Assembly (NCBI GenBank): GCA_052327205.1
Contig: CM126226.1
Coordinates: 24,428,001-24,492,000, forward strand
Direction of reading: 5' to 3'
DNA length: 64,000 bases
Source: Somniosus microcephalus
Taxonomy: Eukaryota
Of this stretch, positions 36,501 to 48,500 are shown piece by piece. The notes below the pieces were generated by a model. That model saw only the letters and a program-made list of their open reading frames with translations, was not told the origin of the DNA and did not search any database. The translations under genes and the position numbers were made by a program. Position 1 is the first letter of the stretch, and the number at the start of each line of letters is the position of its first letter.

Positions 36501-39500
36501 ATCCCCTTGGTCTGGTTAATGGATCATTGATCTTGGCCTTATGGCTTTTGCCACCAGTTACATCATTCCTATATCACAGTTCCCAATTATCAGTCATGTA
36601 CTGTATAGTATGAGGCCTATAATATGACGTTTGTGATACTTGAAAGATCTTTTATTGATTGTGAAAGTTAAATACCTGTCTATCTTACCTAACAGATTGT
36701 GCGAAGGCATATTTTGAGTTCTATCGTGCAAAGTGAGCGGAGTTATGTCGAGTCTCTAAAACGGATACTGCAGGTAGGAGTTTGGAATTCTATAATGTGT
36801 TGCGATAAATGCCCTGTTGTGAGGGTTGATGGACAAGGAGCACAGGAGGCAGCAAAATATATCCAGACACAGTCTGATAGACAAATACATCCAGCATTTG
36901 TGAGGGCGGTGCTTTAATTCCAGGAAAAGGGTTTGCTGAGAGGTCTGACGACCAATTGCTTTGTTCTGTGCAAGTCCGCACTTTCTAGTAAATTGTTGTA
37001 ATTGGAGCCTCCCATGTCTGGTTGAAGTCTCTTAGGGGGTGGAGAGGAGACCAAACGAGGTAGTCCTTCTAGATAGCTGGGGAATAAAGTGTCATCTATT
37101 AGAGAGACATGGTGGGGTACAGGTTTAATGATGTGGACTTGCCATGAAAACCAACCAAGAACATTGGGCAGTAGTACAGAACCAATGTAGATCTCACTAC
37201 TGTTCTGTGCCCAGTGTCTGTTGAGACTAGGATAGTGGTTTAAACACTGTAGGTAGCAATAATCAATGTTTAATCCAGTGTCATTTGCTAAGTTTATGTC
37301 GGAGGCCCACTTTCAGGAATGCTGTAACTAATCAGACCACAGAATGAGGACAGTGGGTCTCGGCCTGTGAATTCCCATGTGGTGAGCTTCTAATTTCAAT
37401 CGGGCCAATGCTGCTAATTGTTGAGTGGAATTCCGGTCCTTCCCCACAGGGAGAGGGCAAAACCCAGAGAACCAATAATTCTATCTAATGGAACTCTTGC
37501 ACACTATGGATGCTGGGCTATCCTTGCCTACAAATAGGATTCCATTGCTTTCTCTTTTTTTAAAATAATTCATTCTCGGGATCAGGGCATGGCTGGCATT
37601 TATTGCCCGTCCCTTGTTGCCCAGCAGTTTGATACAATTGAGTGGCCACTTCAAAGTCAACCACCTCGGTGTGGAACTGGAGTAGCATATAGGCCAGATG
37701 GGGTAAGGACAGCAGATTTCCTTCCTCACAGGGCGATCTGACCGCTTCGTGCTGGTTTTTTTTACTGATACCAGCCTTTTATATCCAGATTTAAAAAAAA
37801 CTGAATTCAAATGATCAAACTGCCATGATGGGATTTGAGCTCTATATGTTCTCTGAATTATTAGTCCCATAACATAAGCACTACACTACTGTACCCCTAT
37901 AACTGGACAGCACTGAATCATGGCTCACTACAACCAGGCAAGCCATGAATGGTTTGCTCAGAAGCACGTGGAGCAGCAAGCTAGGGACCACTTGCAACTC
38001 TCCTCTTTAACCACTGGCCACAGTACAAGTACCGAGGACATCAGCTATAATGAAAGAGTCTGTTGTCCTTGCAGAAAGGCTTTCTTTAAAATCTCTGAGC
38101 ATTCCCTCTCTCCCTCGGGTGTTTTTCCTCAGGAGTATAAGAAGCCATTGCTGGAGGCGGAGCCGAAGTTGCTGAGCGTGAGGAAGTTGCAGGTGGTGTT
38201 TTATCGTCTGAAAGAAGTTCTTCAATGCCATTCGATGTTTCAGATCGCACTGTCTTCACGGGTAGCTGAGTGGGATACCACAGAGAAAATTGGAGATCTC
38301 TTTGTAGCTTCAGTAAGTGTGTATTATGCTTCTTCCCGTTTCCCTGCTCACCCTCCCAAGCTCTGTATGTCACCCAGCGGCAGGCTGAGCTGGAATGGTT
38401 GCAGTCAGGTAGCACTGTCCAGTTTTATGGGGTTGCTCGCTTTCTCAAAGTCCAGCTTGGATATCACCGCTAATACTGCGCTGTGGTTCGCAGCACCTCG
38501 GGAAATGCACCTCCACTTGATACAACTGGGGGACCGATTGCTCTCCGAACCTGCGGACGTAACTTTGTGGGATTTATGTTTTTTTTGCTTGCAGTTCTCG
38601 AAGTCTATGGTGCTGGACGTATATAGTGACTATGTGAATAACTTCACCAACGCTATGGCACTCATTAAGAAGGCCTGTCTGACCAAGCCAGCTTTTCTGG
38701 AATTCCTTAAGGTGAGTTAAAGTGCAAGAGGCAACTTAATGGCCCCGCAGTTGATGATTCTGTCCCGGCAAATTCATCCTCTTTTTTAAAGTGTCTTTTT
38801 TTATTCTTCTAATAACTAGAATGACTGTTACAGGTGTGAAAACAGATGAAAAATAACCCAATTTCTGCCCCCCCCCCCCTTAAAAAGAATATCCAACTTT
38901 CTCTAGCCTTACAAAGGCTCCCAAAGGGGCCATTTAATACTGATCAGGAGTGCAATCTGTGGCTCGTTTTTTTTCCTCTCTCTTTTCCCGCCTTCCCTTA
39001 GCCTTAAGTGCACTGAAGCCAATTGTTGTATCGCCTATCGCCAGCTTGGCTGAGATCGGCTAAGTCAGTACAGACTGGGTATCGAACCTGATGCTGCTGT
39101 TCTGTGTGGCTCAGAACCACAGCAGGTATTTACCAGCAGAATTCCTTTTGATTTGCTCTTAACATAAGAACATAAGAAATAGGAGCAGGAGTAGGCCAGT
39201 CGGCCCCTCGAGCCTGCTCCACCATTCAATAAGATCATGGCTGATCTGATCCTAACCTCAAATCTACTATCACTCTCCATCCCACCCGAACCCATGTGAT
39301 CTCCCGGGAGAGGCGAAAAACCAGATTAAAAAACCCAATGGCCAATTTGGGAGAAAAAATCTGGGAAATTCCTCTCCGACCCATCTAGGCGATCGAAACT
39401 CGTCCAGGAGATCACTCTGTCCCTGTATTTCCTACAGTACTTGCCTTCTGTAAAGGCGATCTCCACCCCAGCCAGGAACAGGCCCAATTTACTCTTGAAG

Positions 39501-42500
39501 GACACCTAGCTGGCAGCCTGTTCGATGTCTCCACTAATCCCTGTGAATAGAACCATCTCCTGAAATCTAACACAGAATTAGAACACAAGAAGTAGGAGCA
39601 GGACCAGGCCACAGGGCCATGACCGTTCCGAACCTAGACTCATGTCCAATTTCCTGCCCGCTCCCCGTAACCCTTAATTCCCTTTACTTCTAGGAAACTG
39701 TCTATTTCTGTTTTAAATTTATTTAATGATGTAACTTCCACAGCTTGCTGGGGCAGCAAATTCCACAAACCTACCACCCTCTGAGTGAAGAAGTTTCTCC
39801 TCATCTCAGTTTTGAAAGAGCAGCCCCTTATTCTAAGATTATGCCCCCTAGTTCTAGTTTCACCCATCATTGGGAACATCCTCACCGCATCCACCCGATC
39901 AAGACCCTTCACAGTCTTATATGTTTCAATAAGATCGCCTCTCATTCTTCTGAACTCCAATGAGTAGAGTCCCAATCTACTCAACCTCTCCTCATATGTC
40001 CATCCCCTCATCCCTGGGATTAACCGAGTGAACCTTCTTTGTTTAGAATAAGGGAGCTGATTGTGAATCTCCCTTTCCTTAAAACCAAGTGTGTTCCTAT
40101 TGTGGCCTTCAGATGGGCAGGATAATGTCTCTACAGTTGCGAGATTTCTGTGGAATTGCTTCAAAAAAAAAAGTTGCTCAAATGTGAGATTGAAAATATT
40201 TACTGTGAAGAATCCTGGAATCCATTCCAGTAGGGGGCAGCAAGTTCAATCTTTTGTCACTCGTCTTGCCCGAAACCAGCCAATTTGAAAAGCTGGCAAA
40301 GTGTTCCATTGCTCATTAAAATGAATTAAGTACACATTGTTAAACATTTCATGTCCTATATTAATCGTCCAAAGAATGTTGTGTGTGAACCAGTTATATT
40401 CTGTTCATTTAATTCGAAGCACTTGTATTGTGGCTCTTGTTTTCCGAGGAGCCGTTAAAGGGATTCCATCTTTTTCCAAGAGTGAAACTAGACTCCTGAC
40501 ATGATAGGGGTGGGATCGTGGCTTGAGGTCTAATGTTTGCTTTGCTGCTGATGTAAATTCATTGAAAACCTTAAGAATTAATGTCCTTGTATCAATAGGC
40601 ACAGGAGTAAGTCGGATAAATTCTGATATTGTTTCTTCCTTGTTTAAAAGATATGTATATAAAAATATATGTTGGTGTCCAACTGCACTTGGATATTTCG
40701 AGACAGCCCACTCGGAACTGGATTATCTGATCCAAAACCAGACTGCTGGCAATGACATTTTGAAGTGGCGATCTCCTGGAAAGTGATTGCACCTTCTGCC
40801 CTAAGCAGTCCGTCCTGGCTAATTTCTGGATAAAAATATACAGATATGTAGGAAAGCAGTAGTTTACGGAGTGCCTCAAACCACGTAACTTGGGTGTGGA
40901 TGCATAAAGACAGCTGCACCGTAAGTGGTTCCGTTACATACAGTGTAGTTTGTGAAGTGTTTTGTTTGTTTGATAAATGAGTACAATTTTAACTCTTAAG
41001 TGGGGCACGCTCTCATTCTCTAAGCAGTGACTGGAGGATGTCACAAACTTGTGACATGCGTTCAGGAAGCGTGTGACATGCATGCCATAAATTTAAATTT
41101 GAGTGGTTTACATTATCATCCAAACCCCAAGGACATGCTCCAATCTTGTAATGTGCTCTGTTCATTGTTCAATTTGTGCATTATATATTGGAGTATTTTT
41201 GGCCACCACTGTAAAGTTCTCTCTACTGAGTATCAACAACTTCAACCCCAAACTGAGTGCATCCCTCACCGTGACATTGTCCATTCCCTCATCAGCCATC
41301 CTTGGGCCTGTGGATGAGATGACCAATTAGAGCCTTGACGCTAATGAATGGATAGTAAAGATGGTAATGTAGAACAAAAAAAAAAGCACACTGTATCCAT
41401 TCTCAGTGTATCCCAGGCCCACCCCACTTTATCCGTAGCCTTCTGCAGACTTGAGCCTCCTTGTACGTACCCACAGCTGCCAGATTATGGAATATTGATC
41501 AAAATGGGATTCATTGCAGTTCCCTCTCCTTTTCTTGCTCTTCAGCAAAATAACACGAGGAAATGCTATTAAGAGGCGGGATTGTCCTAAACCTGTGTCA
41601 AACTTCGAACAGGGAGGGTGAAAAGACAGCTTAGGTTTACCAGTGGTGAATGTATGGAATGGGCTACCATGGGAGGCAGTGAAGGCTAATTTGTATCAGC
41701 AAATTCAAGAGAGATTAGGATAGGTACCTGATGCTATGCGAGATTTCATGGAGTATAATATTTCCTAAACCCTGGGGCCAGTCCGATGGGCTGCATGGTC
41801 CTTTCTGGTCCTGTACATTCCTCTATGTTCCACATAACGAGTGAAAGGGACCCTAATGAACCATTCAATCGAACTATTGGTCTTGTAGTTTTATTCCCCT
41901 CTTCCACTTGGCACCTACCCATAGTGTCCCAGTTGAAAACAGAAGTCTGGTTCCTCCATCTCTCAGTATTTCGGAAATCCGCTCTTGGGCAAGACAATGA
42001 TTGTGGTTGTGGCCCTCAGCACAAAGTTAGTGAATAACTGTTGCCATATTAGCATGTTGTGGATATTGATGTTGCACAAGATTTTTTTCACCCCCCAGCA
42101 CTAATTAATATACCATTACAGTGTACCCTTTGGGAGGTGCAGGAGTTGCCATAGTGAGATTATGCTACATGTTCGGAACGCTTAGCAAATGTTACGGCTA
42201 ATGGAAGTGGGGCAGGTGAATTACTGAGAGTTTGTCTGATCTTCTACAGCGGAAACAAACCTCCAACTCTGACCGGATAACGCTCTATGGGCTGATGGTG
42301 AAGCCAATCCAACGATTCCCGCAGTTTATTCTATTGCTTCAGGTGAGGGCAAAATAAATTCATTGTGACTATTAACTTGTATATTCAAAACAATTAGATT
42401 TTTTAAAACAATTAGATTAAAATCGTGTAAAGCTCCGCACCGTTAAGTGTGTAAATACATGGCCTGCCTAGCACTGAACCACAGGGGCCAGGCTGGATCC

Positions 42501-45500
42501 CTGGTCTGTATTGAGTTAGTTGAACTAAGATAAGGCGGCAGTTTTGGGGGGTGGGTGGGGAGGAGAAATTAGAGTTCCTGCTCCTGACGAGGTGGAATTG
42601 TTGAAAATTGGTGTGAAACTTGGAATAAGGAGGGTGAAAAGACAGTTTAGATTTAACAACTACGCCGAAGGTGATGAGCCCTGGTGAAAAGTGTGGGTGG
42701 CCATCAAGTGAAGACCGAATCAACCTCGACCTCGCCCTCCTCTATAACACCCACCAAACATTAATAGGGTGCCGACACCTGTCTGTGTTTACGTATGCTT
42801 AGTAAGAATTGATACCTTTTACAGGGGGGGAAAAAAAATTTAACGTTGTAAATATTTTTTCTTGGACATTTTAGAAGAGGTGGTCTTATTTCCTATGATG
42901 AGCTCTGACATGAATCAGTCATTCATGAAAGAAAGACTTATGAAATAATACTGAGCGGCCTACGGGTGGCGCTGTCCAGGGAGAGTATAAATACTCGGGC
43001 ACGGGCCCAGCTTGCGCAGGACATTCTTAACCGGAACTAGTGAAGGACACAACTGGACATCCATGTTGTAAAACAGTCGATTAAAGCTTTGTTTAACGCT
43101 TAGACCAAGTGCCTAGTAGTTTTCTTACGTCAAGCTCTACATAGCCGGGAGCTACAGTTGGGATATCAGAAAATAAATGTCTGAGTTGGTTAAAGCTCAG
43201 TCTGCACTTGTTTTGCACTGACTTTGTTTCACCTGCCAATTATCCTCCCAAGTTCTGTTGAAGGGTCCAAGCTGTATCATTACTGTCTTTAACTTCTGGA
43301 TACTGACCAACCTGCTGCATCGTTCTCTCCTTTCCTCCCCCTATTCTGACTGCACACATTGCTTGTTTCAGGATATGCTGAAGAATACACCGAAAGGGCA
43401 CCCTGACCGGCTTTCATTGCAGCTCGCTCTGACTGAACTCGAAATGCTGGCAGAGAAGCTCAATGAGCAGAAGCGAGTGGTGGATCAGATCGCCGAAATT
43501 CAGCAGCTGGCAAAGAGTGTCGGTGACCGCAACCTCAACAAGGTCAGGCGGGGGAGGAGACAGTGAAGGAAATGTTAGTGACAGCTATTGTACCTAAAGT
43601 GGTTTTACACAACCCTATGTAATCATCAGCCAATCGTATCTCTAAAATCTGATCCATATTAATGGTGGAAAAGCATTAGGACACGCCTTCAGGTCTGCAC
43701 TCACAGATAATGGCAGTAAGAATTATAGGGATGTGACTACAATTATACTGCATTAGCGCACAGATATGGCGCGTTATTGTTGCATTCTGCAAAGGTGTCA
43801 GCCGTGGCTCAGTGGTTAGCACACTCGCCTCTGAGTCAAAAGGTTGTGGGTTCAAGTCCCACTCCAGAAACTTGAGCACATAATTTCAGGCTAACAGTCC
43901 ATTGCAGTGCTGAGGGAGCGCTGCACTGTCGAAGGAGCCGTCAAGCCGAGGCCCTGTTGGCCCCCTCGGGTGGACGTAAAAAAAAAAATCCCTCGGCACT
44001 ATTCGAAGAAAGAGCATGATGTCCTAGCCAATACTTACCCATCAACCAACATCACCAAAACAGATTATCTGGAAATGATCACATTGCTGTTTGTGGGCAC
44101 TTGTCTGCAAATTGGCTGCTGCGTTTCCTACTTTACAACAGTGACTACACTTCAAATGGACTTCATTGGCTGTAAAGTGCTTTTGAACATCCTGTGGTCG
44201 TGAAAGATGCTATATAAATACAAGCCTTTTTTCTTCGAGGAAGGGGGCGCAAGTGGCTTTGCTGACATCGACTCCCGCCATATTCGGCCTAGGTTTTGTG
44301 GCGGCAGTGCAGCGTTGCGCCCGATCTCCTTTTGCCTGGAGATCGTGACATCATCACCGTGCACATCACCCCGGTAGCACCCCGGACCTGAAATTGACTT
44401 CCGCCCCCTGCAGCAGCGCCGGGTGGAAACACCGACAGCTGCAGGAGGCGTGCATCGGGTGGCCGGCCGCTTTGGGGGCGATGATCAAAGGCGAGGGGGC
44501 CGAGGCAAGTTTTTAAAAAAAACTTCCCTTTCTTGGTTCCAGTTTTTTTTTCATGGGTTCCTGCCCGCGATCGATCAGCTAGGCACTCTGCTCGAGTGTC
44601 GGGCTGATTGCGCGGGATGGCGGCTGCCTGGGTGGTCCAGGTAGGTAATGTTTCCCCCGCAGAGCCTGCAGCAATGGCCCTTCCCTTTAAGGGAGGGCAG
44701 AAACCTTTGAACGCGGCAGCGCTGCACGGCTGAAGTCTCTGCCCCCGCCTGCTGCCGATCGCGCTTCAGGGAGGAAGTGGAGCCTTGATTTAGTGTCCCA
44801 CTTTCTCCTTGGAGCGCAAACGGTGAATTTTTCAAAAGTTTGAAATCGTCAGCGCCTGGCGCTAACTTTTCAAACTTTTAAAATTTAGTGCCCCAAATGG
44901 GGCGATAGTGAATTTCTCCCCCAAAGCGTGCAGGAGGGGGAAGAGCAGCAGAAAGGAAGTAATTTGGAGTAAAGAACTCCCCATCCTCTTTAATTATCTA
45001 TCAGCTATTTATATCTTTTCTCTCCTTCAGGCTAGGCAAAGCCTTTAAATTCTGTCTGTGGGAAGCCAGTTGTTTTAGCTGGGAGAGAGTACCCGAGGAG
45101 AGATCGGCAACAGGTCCATCAGTGAGCGGCCCTGGGTTTATGAGCACACATTACTCCTTATAGAATTGTAACGCTGTGCGAGGAGCCAGCGCAAGAAGTG
45201 TATAAATTTAGAAGATATATTTTGGGCAGTTACTTTTATTATCACAAAAAATTCCTGAAACGTGTGCACCTGAAATGATTCTGCATCTCTTCTGTTTTCC
45301 TCCACTCTCCCTCCCCTACCACAAGATAGCACGAAGCTGCTCTTTCCTTCACGGAGGGCCCTTTGTCCCCTTCACACACAATTCATAATCGGAGCACAGA
45401 ATATCATCTGATTATCTGAGTTGGCAATATTCAGCAAATTAAAGGCACTTCATTCGTCGCCAATTTTCACTTGTTATGCAAGGCAAACAATTTTATTCAA

Positions 45501-48500
45501 GTACAGCACTTTGCCTTTTGATTGAGTCATTCAACGGCTGACTAAATGGGCTGTAGCAAAAAGATTGCGCTTTTTATCTGGAATCCATTAAAAAAAACTA
45601 ATCAACGCTTCTGTGATGGGTGATTGCAATGTCCGTCCGGTGTGGTATTGTACCATAAAGATCGGGAAGGTCCCAAGTTTGATTCCTAGTCTGTCCCAAG
45701 TTACCTGCGGGGCAGTAGGATTGCTACAGTTGGTTTCAGCGTCCCAGGCAAGGGATGGGAGTAAACAGCCAGGGTTCCCACTCCTGTTCATTACTCAGCG
45801 ATCATTGCTCTGTGTGTGTCTGTGCATGGACTTTGGGTGAAATCGGAAGTTGGTTGACCTGTGATGCTGTCTGTGGTCGAATGGTCTGTGTGAGTTCATA
45901 TGTAATGAACTGCCATTTGTTTGAGATAGGGGAGGGCACTCGACAATGTGTCAGGAGGCTGTTTGACTGAAGGGTATGTGCGTTGGCTGACGTCCCCTGA
46001 GTAGTGATCAAGAGTGGGAACTCTCTTGGACTGAAGGGTGGGAAAAATAAACAGCCAGAAATTTGTAGCCCTCCCACTGCCAACCTGTCAATGATCGGCC
46101 AATTCCGCACAGTTAGAGTTCAAGGATAGGATCTTCCTGCTCAGTTACACATCAGTGCAGCTACCGACTGCACCATGAGACGAGCCGAGGTGCAGCTTTC
46201 ATGGGCTATAATTATTTTTTGTGAAAATCTGCTGCAATTTGAATTATATAATTGACGTAATATGTATGGAAAATTGCTGAATGCAGAACAGTGGTGCCCT
46301 TTTAAGATTATGTAATACCTCTTTTTTTTAATATTTAAATTGGGTTTTAAGAACGCTGAACTCTACCAGGTGCTGGTGCCTGCTGGGCAGCCAATCATGA
46401 AATGCAGTATAATAAGAATTTTAATCATCTAATCTGCAATATTGACATCAGGTTATTTAATAAGCAAGCAATTGACATCCTTCATACACTGTACAGCAAC
46501 GTGACACATATTCTTCAGACACTGTGACGGATCCGACTGAATTGGTTTTGTTTGCGTGTGGCTTAATGCAGAGACTTGGGAGATGAGCAAAGTTAATGAC
46601 ATTCATATAAATGGCACAGACTTTATTAAAAAACTGGGGGAAAAGAAAGTTTGGCAAATGTTCAGTACGACTTGCGGGTGACCGCGTTATTGTGCAGTGA
46701 TGTTGCATCGCTTGCATGCAATATGACAGAATTACCCATGGCTTTTCTCACTTCCTGTTCAGCATTGCATCCTCAACACTAAAGAGTATTTGCTCCTGGC
46801 TGCCCCTTCGCCTAAAAGTGCTGACTCTTTTATATCTAAATTGGGTTCTACAAAAGCTGAACTCTACCAGGTGTTATCATGAAATACAGTATAAGAATCT
46901 TAATCATCTAATCTACAATATTGACATTAAGTTATTTAATAAGCGAACAGTTGACATCCTTCATACACTGTACAGCAATGTGACAAATTTGGGTTCAGTT
47001 CCACCAATGTGGGCAGCTCTCCAGTACATTGCCCAAGCAGCTATTCATCACATGTACGTCTAGACGGTGAATGTTGGCAGCTATCCAACATGGGATACAT
47101 CGCAGTTGAGGCCAATTTTGTCCTTACCCAAGATTCACCCACATGTACTTTATCGTCCAGGTCACTTGTTAGCTGTCAGCCGTGAGAACCCAAGTTGATT
47201 TTATTCCCCGCTCCCTAGCATAGCTAACTCCAAACAGATCCGGCATTGAATCTGGCATCTTGGCAATCTACGGCTCAACCAGAAAAAACAGGAAAGACCT
47301 GTATATAAATTACAGGCAAGGTTTTCAAATGGATGTACTTCCTGATAAAAATGTTATTGTAAACCTCTCCCACCCGGGTTATCAAATTATAACCATCTGT
47401 CACAGAATGTAAACCTCATGTGCGCCCGGATACATTTCTAATGTGTCTTCTGTTCCTGTGCAGTTGCTGAGTTCTGGCCAGCGGCAGCTCATCCTGTGTG
47501 AGACTCTGACCGAGACTGTTTATGGAGAGCGGGGACAGATCCTTAAATCCAAGGAACGCCGAGTGTTCCTGTTGAATGACCTGCTCATCTGTGCCAACAT
47601 CAACGTAAAGTAAGTACATAAAACTGGTACTCAAGATACAGCCTGTGAGCCATTTGTGTTCCCTCCCACTCTCCTTCACCTGCAGCCCTTGTCAGACTTG
47701 CTGCTCCATTTCCCTCTCGGCCATTATTTATGGCCTTGCCTGCCTGCGTGATGTTGACCGAGCTGAAATGAATTGTTGTTCCCTCTCCCTTTCTTGCTCT
47801 CTCTCACAAATGGAAGTAAGTAAATGCTATTAGGAGACTATTGTCCTCTGGTGCTCTTCCTCTCCTGGTCCTGTCTTCACTTGGCAGGTGCCTACAGTGC
47901 CATGATAGAAGCTCACTGTGTGGGAAATCTCAGTTGCAGACCCAGGTACCTCCATACAGGGAGGTAAAACTAGAGAACCAATGCTTCCATTTAAGCCCTT
48001 ATCCTTGCTGTATGAAAGCTGAGATAATCTTATCTCTTAAAATCATTCTCTTGCTTTCTCTCACAGGGGAAAAAATAGTGAATAATGCTGAATCCCAGCT
48101 CAGTTAATATCCCACAGCCAGGCAAATGGTAAATGAAGGATCATCTGCTGAGGGACATGGGTAAAGGGAAGATGGACTTGGTGTAATGGGATAGGCTCAC
48201 TTCTGAGACCTAGTTTAAAATCCAGCCCAGATTGATGAGTGAACGTCCCCTCTAGCTGTTGGCTATAAAAATGAAACGAGTCTCAATCCAGTTCTAGGTG
48301 CCGACCATTGGCCCACGGCACGAAACTGCTTCTGACTTGACACTACAGTAAACTCTTTCTTATCCGGCACCTATGGGACCAGGATGGTGCCGGCTGATGA
48401 AACATTCTGGATAACAGAGAGGTTTACCTACCAAGGCAATTTTTAACACAAACAAAAATAAAAAAATCAAGAAATGTACTGTGTAACTGGGTACTCACCT

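Noticed and set aside
37920-38720. 266-aa ORF as a stand-alone gene
   Set aside because: It is two ARHGEF10L exons plus read-through intron; canonical splice sites bound the homologous parts.
43797-43870. tRNA gene
   Set aside because: The A and B boxes belong to a SINE head that continues into the Deu core and tail; there is no full cloverleaf. The same applies to the other tRNA-like heads in the window.
44240-44925. CpG-island promoter
   Set aside because: The sharp boundaries and transposon-like terminus point to a MITE in mid-gene, although promoter activity cannot be excluded.
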